64,000 nt of DNA from the NCBI GenBank assembly GCA_963817095.1, contig CAWFND010000017.1, forward strand, positions 230,451 to 294,450. The letters are read 5' to 3'. The notes under the pieces are model-generated. The model ran no database searches and was not told where the DNA came from. It worked only from the letters and a program-made list of their open reading frames with translations. This DNA comes from an uncultured Chloroflexia bacterium. GTDB taxonomy: Bacteria; Chloroflexota; Limnocylindria; Limnocylindrales; CSP1-4. The first letter of the stretch is position 1; every line of letters begins with the position of its first letter. This document shows positions 9,925 to 19,350 of this stretch, in pieces. Made by a program: the position numbers and the translations under genes.

Positions 9925-11148
9925 CTACGACGCGCTTGGGCTGGGCGCCGCCGAGCCCGCGGGCGCCGGCGCGGCCAGCACTCCGCACTTCTCCGGGCAG
10001 GTCTTGAGCGACCCGTCCTTCATGCCGGCGAGAGCCGCGTCCAGCTTGGCCTGGAGGCCTGCCGGCATGATGCTCGCCTTGTCATGGAAGTCGGAGATCC
10101 CGATGCCCTGGTTCGCGGCATTCCACAGCTCGTCGCCGCCCTTGGAGGTGCCAGCCGCGATCTCGTTGATCGCCTTCTGGACCGTGTAGGTGAGCTTCTT
10201 CTCGGCGCTCGTGATGATGCACTTGTCGCCGTTCGGATACGAGAGGAACTGATCGACGTCCACGCCGATGGCGTAGATGCTCGCGTCGCACGCGGCGTCG
10301 ATGACGCCGTTACCCGTCTTGCCGGCCACCTGGAAGAGCACGTCCGGCTTGTTCTGGCTGATGAACTGCTGGCCGAAGCTCTTGCCCGTGACCGGGTCGT
10401 TGAACGCCTTGTTCGAGAAGTCGTTCGTGACGTAGGTGCTGACGACCTTGATGTTGGGGTTGATCGACTTCGCGCCCAGCTCGTAGCCCTGGATGTAGCG
10501 AATGCACGGGCCGCACAGGCTCGTGCCGCCGATAGCCCCGATGACCCCGTTCTTGCTCACCGACGCGGCGACCATCCCGGCGAGATAGCCCGGCTGATCC
10601 TCCTGGTACTCGAGCGAGGTGTAGTTCGGGAGGAGCGTCTTCGCGTCGCCCTTGCAGGCGAACGTCGTGTCGAGCTTGCCCGTCGAGTCGACGCAGATCG
10701 GCGACTGGTCGACGCCGACGAAGAAGACCTTCGGGTTCACCTTCGCCTCACACGTCGTCGCCGAGGCGTTGTTGAACCCCGCCGTGACGATGATGTCGTA
10801 GTTCTGGTCGACGAAGGCCTGGATGTTCTTGATGTATTCGCTCGCGTCCTTCGGGACGACCGAGCTCGGCGCGGCGGCCTTCAGATCGGTGGCGCCGGCC
10901 TGCGCGCCCTTGAACGTGTACTCGTTGTAGTTCTTGTCGTCGAGGGTGCCGATGTCGGTCGCAACGCCGATCTTGGCTTTGCTCCAGTCCGTCGGCGCCG
11001 TATGGGCCGGGCCTGCCGCGGCGCCCGCGCATGGGTCAGGCGCGGCCGACGGCGCGGCCGAGCCGCCGCCCCCGCCAGAGCTCGAACACGCGGATAGCAC
11101 GATGGCCATCGCCGCGAGAAGGGTGAATCCCGAGGAACGCGTGCGCAT
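9925..11148 (-). CDS. BMP family (PnrA/Med-like) ABC transporter substrate-binding lipoprotein
   Basis: Start moved to ATG 11146-11148, preceded by GGAGGAG. MRTRSSGFTLLAAMAIVLSACSS carries a lipobox. The body contains IGVATDIGTLDDKNYNE and VFFVGVDQ, typical of BMP family binding proteins. The longer track ORF (to 11514) adds non-protein-like sequence. Confidence 0.88.
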   Translation of the reverse strand: MRTRSSGFTLLAAMAIVLSACSSSGGGGGSAAPSAAPDPCAGAAAGPAHTAPTDWSKAKIGVATDIGTLDDKNYNEYTFKGAQAGATDLKAAAPSSVVPKDASEYIKNIQAFVDQNYDIIVTAGFNNASATTCEAKVNPKVFFVGVDQSPICVDSTGKLDTTFACKGDAKTLLPNYTSLEYQEDQPGYLAGMVAASVSKNGVIGAIGGTSLCGPCIRYIQGYELGAKSINPNIKVVSTYVTNDFSNKAFNDPVTGKSFGQQFISQNKPDVLFQVAGKTGNGVIDAACDASIYAIGVDVDQFLSYPNGDKCIITSAEKKLTYTVQKAINEIAAGTSKGGDELWNAANQGIGISDFHDKASIMPAGLQAKLDAALAGMKDGSLKTCPEKCGVLAAPAPAGSAAPSPSAS

Positions 11149-11347
11149 GCTTCTCCTCCACGAGAATTGGCCGCCGCGTCCCCTCGGGCTGGATCGCCCA
11201 CAGATCGAGGTCGGCACGATCACGGGCCCCGTTCCGGGCGACCCTGCGGCGCATGCTAGCGACCGGGCGGGAGGTCGGCAACTCGATGGCGATTCGGGCA
11301 CCCGTTCATGCACGCATCGGCGTACGGGACGCCCGCATACTCCTTCC

Positions 11348-12190
11348 ATGGCCGACGCACCTGGCTCGCCGGCGGCCGGCGGGCTCACGCTCGATGGCAT
11401 CGCGTTCGACGACGAGGGTTCGGGCAAGCCGGTCGTGCTCCTCCACGCGGGCGTCGCGGATCGGCGGATGTGGGCGCCGATCGTGCCCCCGATCGCGACA
11501 CGGCACCGGGTCATCCGGCCGGACGCCCGCGGGTTCGGCGAGAGCCTGCCGCCGACCGGGCCGTGGTCGCATCACGTGGACGTGCTGGCGCTCCTCGACG
11601 GGCTCCTGATCCCGCGGGCACATCTGGTCGGCTCGTCGATGGGCGCCGGCATCGCGGTCGAGGTCGCGCTCGCCCGGCCCGATGTCGTCGCCTCGCTCAT
11701 CCTCGCCGCGCCGGGCGGAGCGCTGTTCGGCGACCCGCCGCCGGAGCTTCGGCCGATCTGGGCGGCGGAGGTGGACGCGCTGGATCGTGGCGACCTCGAC
11801 GCGGCGGTCGAGGTGAACCTGCGCGCCTGGGTCGATGGGCCGAACCGGGCCGCCGACGCGGTCGATCCCGACCTCCGGGCGTTCGTCGGCCGGATGCAGC
11901 GCGAAGCCTTCGAGCTGCCCCAGTGGGACGACGAGGCGGCACCGGAGCACGAGCTGTCGCCGTCGGCGTCGGGTCGCTTCGCGGAGTTGCGCTGCCCCGT
12001 CCTCGTCGTCGTGGGGGATGGGGACCAGCCGTCCGTCGTGGAGACCGCGGAGCGTCTCGCCGCCGAGGTCCCCAACGCCCGCATCGTCGCCTGGCGCGGT
12101 GTCGCCCACATGCTCACGAACGAGCGGCCCGACGACTTCGCCGCGCTCGTGGACGGGTTCCTGCGCGAGGTCGAGGCCGACCTCCCGTGA
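11348..12190 (+). CDS. Alpha/beta-fold hydrolase
   Basis: 280 aa from ATG 11348, inside ORF 10934-12190. Contains PVVLLHAGVADRRMW and the nucleophile elbow GSSMGAG. Confidence 0.8.
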   Translation: MADAPGSPAAGGLTLDGIAFDDEGSGKPVVLLHAGVADRRMWAPIVPPIATRHRVIRPDARGFGESLPPTGPWSHHVDVLALLDGLLIPRAHLVGSSMGAGIAVEVALARPDVVASLILAAPGGALFGDPPPELRPIWAAEVDALDRGDLDAAVEVNLRAWVDGPNRAADAVDPDLRAFVGRMQREAFELPQWDDEAAPEHELSPSASGRFAELRCPVLVVVGDGDQPSVVETAERLAAEVPNARIVAWRGVAHMLTNERPDDFAALVDGFLREVEADLP

Positions 12191-12810
12191 CGGAGCCGGC
12201 GGCCGTAGGGCTGCGCTTTGTCGCCCTCGGCGACAGCTACACGATCGGGACGGCGACCCGCTCGCCGGAGGATCGGTGGCCGAACCAGCTCGTGGCCAAG
12301 CTGGGGCCGACGCCGCCGACCCTCCGGCTCGTCGCCAACCTCGGGGTCAACGGGTTCACGTCGCAGGACGTGATCGACGAGGAGCTGCCGGCGCTGGACG
12401 GCCTGCAGCCGCAGTTCGCGTCCCTCCTCGTCGGGGTCAATGACGTGGTCAGGGGCGTCCCCGCCGCGGCCTATCGATCGAACGCCGCGGCGATCCTCGA
12501 CGATCTCCTGCGGCGGCTGCCGGCCGACCGAATCGTGACGGTCGCCACCCCCGACTACACCGTCACGCCCCAGGGCGCCGCCTACGGCGACCCGGCGACC
12601 CAGTCGGCGGCGATCCGGGCGTTCAACGACGTCCTGCGGGCGCTCTCGGACGCGCGCGGGATCGCCTGGGTGGACATCCACGACCTGTCGCTCCGGGCGG
12701 CGGGGGACCGGCGCCTCGTCGCCGACGACGGGCTCCACCCGTCCGGCGCCCAGTACACGCTGTGGGTGGAGCGGATCGCGCCCGTCGTCACGGAGCTGAT
12801 CCGGCGGTAG
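12187..12810 (+). CDS. SGNH/GDSL hydrolase family protein
   Basis: GTG 12187 overlaps the upstream stop (GTGA). Block I FVALGDSYTIG, block III GVND, block V DGLHPS. It is the C-terminal 207 aa of ORF 11308-12810. Confidence 0.85.
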   Translation: MTEPAAVGLRFVALGDSYTIGTATRSPEDRWPNQLVAKLGPTPPTLRLVANLGVNGFTSQDVIDEELPALDGLQPQFASLLVGVNDVVRGVPAAAYRSNAAAILDDLLRRLPADRIVTVATPDYTVTPQGAAYGDPATQSAAIRAFNDVLRALSDARGIAWVDIHDLSLRAAGDRRLVADDGLHPSGAQYTLWVERIAPVVTELIRR

Positions 12811-12843
12811 GCGGGCGGCGGGCCCAGCCGGCCGGTCGGGTGG

Positions 12844-13293
12844 TCAGCCGCCCGCGTGGAGCTCCGAGAGCCGCTCGTCGCTGATCCCGAGGTGGTGGGC
12901 GATCTCGTGGAGCAGCGTCTCCTCGATCGCCTTCGTCAGGCGCTCATGGCCTGGATTGAACCGCGTGAGCGGGCCGCGGAACAGCGTGATCTTGCTCGGG
13001 ATCGGGGCGTTGTCCACACCGAACCGAGTCCGGGGAACGCCCTGGTACAGCCCGAACAAGCCGCCGGCGTCCACGGATGCGAGCTGTTCGCTCGTCGGCT
13101 CGTCCTCGACGACAATCGCGACGGAGCCGAGCTGCTCGAGGAACGGGCCGGGCAGCCGGTCGAGGACGTCGTCGATCACGGCGTCGAAGTCGACCGGCTC
13201 TGGGCCGTCGGGTGGGAACACGGAGCCACGATACCGGGCGCGGCGCATACGGATCCGTGCCCGGATGTGGTGGCGGTCGTGGGCATCGACCAC
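12844..13293 (-). CDS. Small zincin-like metallopeptidase family protein
   Basis: HEIAHHLG (HExxH) lies near the C-terminus of a protein of about 135-149 aa. Start is uncertain: GTG 13293 or ATG 13248. Confidence 0.7.
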   Translation of the reverse strand: MVDAHDRHHIRARIRMRRARYRGSVFPPDGPEPVDFDAVIDDVLDRLPGPFLEQLGSVAIVVEDEPTSEQLASVDAGGLFGLYQGVPRTRFGVDNAPIPSKITLFRGPLTRFNPGHERLTKAIEETLLHEIAHHLGISDERLSELHAGG

Positions 13294-13482
13294 GCCGCGA
13301 ACGTCCAGGTCCTGGACGAGACGATTCGCGCGCTACAAGCGGGGGATCGCCACACCTACCGGGGGGCCACTATCGGTCGTCCCCGGTGACGATCCCGATC
13401 CCGAACCACCAGGGGGTCTGATGTTGTTGGCGGACACTCACTGGTGTCGGCGACATCGGCCCGGATCGCGTCCGTAGCCAGA

Positions 13483-14154
13483 TCAGTGCGACGAGTCCGT
13501 GCGGGGATTCGTCGCCGCGAAGATCGCAGCCGAGCCGACGATCTCCAGCTCCACGTGGTCGAATGATGCCGCGAGGATCTCGCGGAGCCCTTCCTCGGTG
13601 TCATCGAGGTTGTCGAAGCCACCCTGCCGGTTGAAGGCGGCAAGAAACCTCCGTGCCAGCCACGTGTGGTGCCCCGAGGTCCCGAGGACCGATGCACCGA
13701 AGAGCACGCCATCCGGCGCGAGGACCGCGGCCACGTTGGCGACGGCCATCGCCTTGCGCGTGAGCGGGCCAGGCAGGCAGTGGATGACCAGGTGCAGCGC
13801 GGCGGACTCGAACGGTCCGTTGACAGGAAGCGGCTTGAGAACGTCGGCCTCGACCGCCGTGATGTCCAGCTGCCCCAGGCGCTCGGAGACATGACGGAGG
13901 ACGTTCGGGTTGGGATCCAGGATCGTCACCGGGCTGCCATCGGGGAGACCGGATCGCTCGAGGAAGTAGCCGGTGCCGGGACCCACATCCAGGTGGTGGC
14001 GGCGGATGCGCTGCCGATACCGCTCCAGGAGTCGGGTCGTCGGGCAGCGCCAGACGAACCTGGCGATGGGGCCGAGGACCAGGGGGTCGTACGCGTTCAG
14101 CAGCAGCCGCGTGTAGTCCCGCTGGCCCTTGTAGGCGGGATCGTCACGATCCAT
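13483..14154 (-). CDS. Class I SAM-dependent methyltransferase
   Basis: 223 aa from ATG 14152-14154 (MDRDDPAYKGQ...). SAM motif I is LDVGPGTGYF. Sequence upstream in track ORF 13483-14424 is not protein-like. Confidence 0.8.
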   Translation of the reverse strand: MDRDDPAYKGQRDYTRLLLNAYDPLVLGPIARFVWRCPTTRLLERYRQRIRRHHLDVGPGTGYFLERSGLPDGSPVTILDPNPNVLRHVSERLGQLDITAVEADVLKPLPVNGPFESAALHLVIHCLPGPLTRKAMAVANVAAVLAPDGVLFGASVLGTSGHHTWLARRFLAAFNRQGGFDNLDDTEEGLREILAASFDHVELEIVGSAAIFAATNPRTDSSH

Positions 14155-14418
14155 TGAACTCGAGTGGTCCTCCACCGTGGTCGGTGCCGGTTGGATCGGG
14201 CAGCATGACATGCGCGCCCCCGCTATGGTCGTCCCGCTTGGACCGTTGGCTCGCTTACCCAGCAGGGCTACCCCAATCGCGATCTCAGCCGGAAGGTGAC
14301 CAGGGCCCCGACCTCGACTCGGCCTTCCGCCCTCCGTCGTCGAGCCTTGTTCGAGATGCCCGACTGTCTTCAGCCGTCGACGTAGCCATTCGCCGGTGCC
14401 TCGCGCCTTCCGCGCCGG

Positions 14419-14491
14419 TACCATTGACCCCCCGTGACGACCCTCGCCCCGAACGACTTCACGCAGCTCCGCGTGTCAATAGCTCCGAGTT
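14419..14491 (+). repeat. Copy A of the dnaE start-region repeat (decoy start)
   Basis: TACCATTGACCCCCCGTGACGACCCTCGCCCCGAACGACTTCACGCAGCTCCGCGT... is 53/56 identical by hand alignment to the true dnaE start at 19351. It then diverges with a 5-nt indel. GTG 14434 encodes MTTLAPNDFTQL, compared with MTTLAPNDFTHL in dnaE. Confidence 0.85.
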
Positions 14492-14555
14492 TGCGAACGG
14501 GGACTCTGCGATGTCATGCCGCCGGACAAGCCGGAGGAGAGCCAGCGAGTGTCCG

Positions 14556-17500
14556 TCAGATCGTGAGCCGAGCTTCGGCGTTCCGCATTCCGACAAGACT
14601 GCCCTTCTGCGTGAAGAGTTCCAGGGCACGCTCGAATGTGCCGTCTGCCTCCTTGCTCCGGCCTGCCGTGCGCAGAATGTCGCCAAGGATCAGGGCAGTC
14701 TCTGCGTGGAAGGTGATGAGATCGGTGGCCGCGAAGTAGTCGACAGCGCTGCGGGCATTTCGCTCGGCCTCGTCAAGCTGCCCGGCGTTGCGTTGCGCAC
14801 CCGCCATCGCCCCCTCCAGCAATGCGCGTGTCGCCTGACGTTTCTCGCTGGCCATCGCCCCGATGGCCTCGATGTCCACGGCGCGCCCGAGCGTGACCCG
14901 CGATAGGGCGAGGAACGCCTCGAGCATCGGATGCGGCTTGCCCATTGCTGCGAACTGATTGCATCCCTCCGCGATGATTCTCTCCGCGGCCTCGTGGTCC
15001 CCCGCGAGGGTTTCAACATCCCACGCGACCTCGGCGAGATGGGCCGCGTCGGCACGTTGCCCGCTTTCGACTGCGATCTCGCGGCAACGGACAGCCAGCG
15101 GCCGCGCCAGCTCGAAATGCCCAAGGCGCGCATGCAGGTGGGCCAGCGCATGCGACATCGCCATCTCGATACCCCGATCGTCTGGTGCATTGGCGAGGAT
15201 CTCGTCGCAGCGTCGAATCGCATCCGGCACCGGCGTCGGGCCCAGGACAAGGCCCGCACTCAGACTGTTCGCGATCAAGGTCTCCTCGCGGTGGGCGCCG
15301 GCACGACGGGCGTGCTCGAGAGCCCGGGCCAGGGCGGCCTCATCGCCGGCCGCCTTCCCGTCCCTCCACGAGGCTTCGCCGCGCAGCCTCCAACACAGAG
15401 CCAGCCCCCGGTCGTCGGACAGGCGCTTGAAAACGGGTTCGCACGCATCCGCGACCTGGCGCCGGTCCTCCAGGGTGACATCGGAGATGAAGGCCAGGCA
15501 TTGAAGGGCTCGAGCGTGGGCTAGCGTCCTCTCGTCTCCGGTCGTCTCCGACCGCTCGATCGCCTCTTCGAAGCAGGCCCGGGCTTCGTCGAAACGCCCG
15601 TTCGAGTCGAGTGCGCGACCCAGGTCGGGCAAGATCGCGAGACGGGCCGGATCGGCCGGATCCAGCACCGCCGTCGCGCGTCCGTACAGGTTCACCGTCG
15701 CCGCGATGTCAGAGCGCTCATACGCTCGGCGGCCGGCGGCGATCAACCGCGCGCCGGCGCGGGCGGCAAGCTCGCGCGCCCGATTATCGACCGGTGCCAG
15801 CTCCTCGCGAAAGCGGAAGGCCCGCTCCAGGTGGTAGCCCACGATCTCCTCCACCTCGCTGCTGCGATCGCCGGTATTCCGGTCCAGCCAGTCGGCGAAC
15901 AGCTCGTGGAGCTCCGCGCGCTCCGCTTTCGGCAGCCGCTCGTAGGCGGCGTCGCGAATCAGCATGTGGCGGAATCGAAAGGCATCGACCTGGGCGAGCG
16001 GCGAACGATCGCGACGGATCAGTTCCTTTCGAACGAGCTCGTTGATGCTTCGCGGGATCTCGGGACGACCCTCGGCGGGCGACAGGGCCACGACGGAAGG
16101 AAGGTCGAAGACGCGTCCCACGACGGATGCGCGCTCGGCCACTGCCTGCTCGTCCGGGGCCAGTCGATCGAGCCGGGCCGAGAGCAACGCGGCGATCGTC
16201 GGCGGCACGGCGATCGATCGGAGGTCCCACGTCGCGGTCCAACCGTCGGCATCCGCCACCAGGGCACCCTCGTCGATGAGCATTCCGACAAACTCCTCGA
16301 CGTACAAGGGATTGCCCTCTGCCGAGTCAGCGATCTGTGCCCGGACGGCGGGAGGCAGCGCGCCACCGGGCACGAGCGCGTCGATCAAGGCGAGGGCAGA
16401 CCCGTCGGTCAGTGGTTCGAGGGGGATCGTCGTCGCGTTGAGCGTGCCGCCGCCCCAGGCCGGACGATCGTCGAAGAACTCTGGACGCGCCGGACAGACG
16501 AAGAGGATCGGTGAATCCCGGACCAGGTCGGCCACCGACTCGATCAGGTCCAGCAACGTCGGCTCGGCCCAGTGGATGTCGTCGATGAGGACGACAAGCG
16601 GCCGTTCGTCGGTGAGGTGCTCCAGTGAGCGGCGGAACGCCCAGACCAGCTCTTCCTTGGCCGCCGACGATCCGAGACCTACGAGGCCGATGAGGCCGCG
16701 CGCGATCGCGGCTGCCTCAGGCAGGCCAGCGACGAAGGCGTCGATTCGCCCCCGCTCCGTGTCGGCGGAATCGTCGTCTTCGATGCCCGTTGCCTGTCTG
16801 ATGATCTCGGCAACGGCCCAGTAGGTGATGCCTTCGCCGTACGGCAGGCACCGGCCGCGGACGACGCCGGCGCGGTCGCGGACCGCCCTGAGGAATTCGG
16901 CGACAAGTCGGCTCTTACCCACACCGGCCGCGCCGAGGATGGTGGCGATCTGGCACGACCTGCTGGAGACGGCGCGTTCGAAGGCTTGACCAAGCGCATC
17001 GAGCTCGTGCTCCCGTCCGACCATCGGTGCATCCAGGCGACGACGGTGCCCCTCGACGGCTGCGCTGACCCGGAGGAGCCGGTAGGCGACCACGGGTTCG
17101 GACTTGCCCTTGAGATCCAGCCCTTCGGCCGGACCTACGTCGACTGCATCGCGTACGAGTGCCTGCGTGACGCTTCCGATGACGATCTCGCCGGACCCGG
17201 CGGCCGTCTGGAGCCGAGCGGCAACGTTGACTGCGTCACCGACGACGATCGCCTCCCCGGGTCCACCGGGTCCGACGACGATCGAGCCCGTATTGATGCC
17301 CGTTCTCGCTTCCAGGGAGACGCCGCGCTCCACACGCAGGTCCTCGTTGAGCCGAGTGAGGGCCTCGCGCATCTCCGCCGCCGCCCGCACGGCGCGGAGG
17401 GCGTCCTCATCGTGCGCAATGGGAACACCGAACACGGCCACCACGGCGTCGCCGATGTACTTCTCGACCGTTCCGCCGTGCCGCTCGATGACCTCACGCA

Positions 17501-17747
17501 TGCTCGCGAAGTAGCGGCCCATGATGTAGCGCAGCGATTCCGGGTCGAGCCGCGAGCCAAGGGCCGTCGAGCCGGTGAGGTCCGTGAACAGGATGGTCAC
17601 CGTCTTTCGCGTCCCGCGCGCGGGGGAATGTCGCGCGAGTGCCGCTCCGCAATATCCGCAGTGCCGAAAGCGCTCCGGATTTTCCTCGCCGCACGACGGG
17701 CAGCGGATCATGGGCGGAGTGTAGGGACGGCCGACGACCGTCGCCAT
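14556..17747 (-). CDS. Zn-ribbon / class III adenylate-guanylate cyclase / AAA (STAND-like) ATPase / TPR-like repeat protein
   Basis: Inside ORF 14556-17864. Start is probably ATG 17747 (MATVV) or 17711 (MIRCPSCGEE). Contains CPSCGEENPERFRHCGYCG. Cyclase motifs TILFTDLTGSTAL, KYIGDAVVAVFG and VGDAVNVAARLQ. P-loop GAAGVGKSRL and Walker B VVLIDDIHWAE. The C-terminal ~450 aa are helical repeats. Confidence 0.85.
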   Translation of the reverse strand: MATVVGRPYTPPMIRCPSCGEENPERFRHCGYCGAALARHSPARGTRKTVTILFTDLTGSTALGSRLDPESLRYIMGRYFASMREVIERHGGTVEKYIGDAVVAVFGVPIAHDEDALRAVRAAAEMREALTRLNEDLRVERGVSLEARTGINTGSIVVGPGGPGEAIVVGDAVNVAARLQTAAGSGEIVIGSVTQALVRDAVDVGPAEGLDLKGKSEPVVAYRLLRVSAAVEGHRRRLDAPMVGREHELDALGQAFERAVSSRSCQIATILGAAGVGKSRLVAEFLRAVRDRAGVVRGRCLPYGEGITYWAVAEIIRQATGIEDDDSADTERGRIDAFVAGLPEAAAIARGLIGLVGLGSSAAKEELVWAFRRSLEHLTDERPLVVLIDDIHWAEPTLLDLIESVADLVRDSPILFVCPARPEFFDDRPAWGGGTLNATTIPLEPLTDGSALALIDALVPGGALPPAVRAQIADSAEGNPLYVEEFVGMLIDEGALVADADGWTATWDLRSIAVPPTIAALLSARLDRLAPDEQAVAERASVVGRVFDLPSVVALSPAEGRPEIPRSINELVRKELIRRDRSPLAQVDAFRFRHMLIRDAAYERLPKAERAELHELFADWLDRNTGDRSSEVEEIVGYHLERAFRFREELAPVDNRARELAARAGARLIAAGRRAYERSDIAATVNLYGRATAVLDPADPARLAILPDLGRALDSNGRFDEARACFEEAIERSETTGDERTLAHARALQCLAFISDVTLEDRRQVADACEPVFKRLSDDRGLALCWRLRGEASWRDGKAAGDEAALARALEHARRAGAHREETLIANSLSAGLVLGPTPVPDAIRRCDEILANAPDDRGIEMAMSHALAHLHARLGHFELARPLAVRCREIAVESGQRADAAHLAEVAWDVETLAGDHEAAERIIAEGCNQFAAMGKPHPMLEAFLALSRVTLGRAVDIEAIGAMASEKRQATRALLEGAMAGAQRNAGQLDEAERNARSAVDYFAATDLITFHAETALILGDILRTAGRSKEADGTFERALELFTQKGSLVGMRNAEARLTI

Positions 17748-18046
17748 GTCCCGCCTCGGCTGCGGCAATCGGGCCGCCCCCGATCGCGTGCCGCGCTGCG
17801 CATTGTGGCAATGCCGGCACCTTCTCCGGCCCGATCGGATCGCGACGATTTGGCTCGAGAACAACGAATGGATTCATCGTTCCGTCGTGCATGTCGGCGT
17901 TCCTCTGGATCGCTCATCGGGTCATGACCCAAGGTTGACCCCAAGGAGGTCGTCGCACGGCCGGCAGCGCCTCGGATTCCTCCTCATCTTCTTCAGGGAG
18001 TTGCCCACTCGTGCCCGGCGGGAACGTGGCGCAGGCCCTGCCGGAC

Positions 18047-18117
18047 TACCATTGCCCTCCCGATGACGATCGCCCCGAACGACTTCACACCGCTCCACCT
18101 GTCAACAGGTGGGAGTT
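18047..18117 (+). repeat. Copy B of the dnaE start-region repeat (more diverged decoy start)
   Basis: TACCATTGCCCTCCCGATGACGATCGCCCCGAACGACTTCACACCGCTCCACCTGTCAACAGGTGGGAGTT. It shares the 18-nt block CGCCCCGAACGACTTCAC with copies A and C. ATG 18063 encodes MTIAPNDFTPLH, one codon shorter than dnaE, and opens only a 38-codon ORF. Confidence 0.75.
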
Positions 18118-18307
18118 CAAGCACGGACCGTGGCGCGACGATTTCGAGCCGAGAACAGGGCGCGGCCGCCGGACTGTGATGCGGCCCTGACCATCGTCGG
18201 ATGGACGGCGTGGACATCCGGACCAATGCTTCGCCCATGTGTTGGTCAAGGGACCGAGCTCGTGCGGGTTCGAGTCGCAGAGCCCGGCGGCGCCCGGGTT
18301 CACCGCG

Positions 18308-19270
18308 ATGAAGCGTCACCGAGTCGCCCTTCTTCTGATCTCCCTGACGCTGTCTAGCTGCGCAACTGCGCCAGGGCCGTCCTTGCGCCCGGCCGCCAAC
18401 CCGACCGCTGCGCCTCGGCTCCTCGTTCGCCTGAACCTCGGCGTCGGCGGCTGGCCGGGCTTCCCCGGCCAGCATGTCGCCGACTACCTCACTGACGGCA
18501 CCGTCATCCGGGTGCACGGCGGGACCCTGGAGGTCAACCGATTGACCGAGACGGGCCTGGCCACCGTTCGCACGACCCTCGCCGCGGCCGCCGGCCTGTT
18601 GGCATCGCCGTTACGGATCGATGCGCGCGAGACCGTGCTCCCTGTCGACAGCACGAACCCCATGCCGGGGCTGCTCAGCGAACCCGTCAACACCTTCGTC
18701 CTGGAGCGGCCCGACGGGAGCCGCTATTCGGTCATCGCCCCCAGCCGTCCCCGCGTCGCCGGCGACCCGGCTCCCGACCTGACCGTCGAGGGTCTGACGG
18801 GCTTGGGAAGCGCGCTCGCAGACCCGGCTACCCTCGTCGGCTCAGGCGGTCTGGCCGGCCCCTGGGAGACCTACCAGCCCGCCAAGATGGCGGTCTTCCT
18901 CACCCTTGAGGTGATCGACCCCGTCGCCATCACCGACGGTGTCATCCCCCGGGTCGGTCCGACCGACTGGCCCTTCACGGGCGCGCCTGTGACCTTCGGG
19001 ACCGTCTTCCAGGGGCCGGGCACGCACGTCACACGACGCTGCGCCTTGCTGCCGAGCGCCCAGGCCTCGACGGCCATCGCGAGCCTGTCGAAGTTCGGCG
19101 GGAGGTTCAGTGGGGACGGGGCGGCAAGCCAGATCGCGGCTGGGTTCACCTGGGGTGGCGACGGCCTGCTGTGGGTTGATGGGAGCCAGGCCACGTCGGT
19201 CTACCTGCAGGCGCAGGCGCTCATGCCCGAGGACGACGCGGTCTCCTGCATCGACGCGCTCTCCTACTGA
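18308..19270 (+). CDS. Predicted lipoprotein, no recognisable domain
   Basis: ATG 18308 inside ORF 18239-19270. MKRHRVALLLISLTLSSCAT is a signal peptide with a lipobox. The remaining ~300 aa matched no family I recognise. Confidence 0.6.
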   Translation: MKRHRVALLLISLTLSSCATAPGPSLRPAANPTAAPRLLVRLNLGVGGWPGFPGQHVADYLTDGTVIRVHGGTLEVNRLTETGLATVRTTLAAAAGLLASPLRIDARETVLPVDSTNPMPGLLSEPVNTFVLERPDGSRYSVIAPSRPRVAGDPAPDLTVEGLTGLGSALADPATLVGSGGLAGPWETYQPAKMAVFLTLEVIDPVAITDGVIPRVGPTDWPFTGAPVTFGTVFQGPGTHVTRRCALLPSAQASTAIASLSKFGGRFSGDGAASQIAAGFTWGGDGLLWVDGSQATSVYLQAQALMPEDDAVSCIDALSY

Positions 19271-19350
19271 GTCACCCACGCTGACCGACTGATCGCTCCC
19301 GTTGGTGAGCGGTGGGAGCCTCACGGCCGTCTCGTCGATGCTGACCCGGC

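Noticed and set aside
14434-14739. A 101-aa ORF beginning MTTLAPNDFTQL, which looks like a small DnaE-related gene.
   Set aside because: Only the first ~12 codons resemble DnaE, because this is repeat copy A. The rest is antisense to the 3' end of the cyclase/STAND gene and has no protein-like features. I treat it as a decoy start, not a gene.
17860-17990. A lower-GC stretch with a GAAC-N16-GTTC near-palindrome and an AAGGAGG upstream of the cyclase gene, considered as a possible small gene or LexA site.
   Set aside because: The spacing is wrong for a LexA box. No start codon follows the AAGGAGG at a usable distance. The overlapping ORFs (17494-17892 minus, 17746-18066 plus) are not protein-like. 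It is probably just the promoter region of the cyclase gene.
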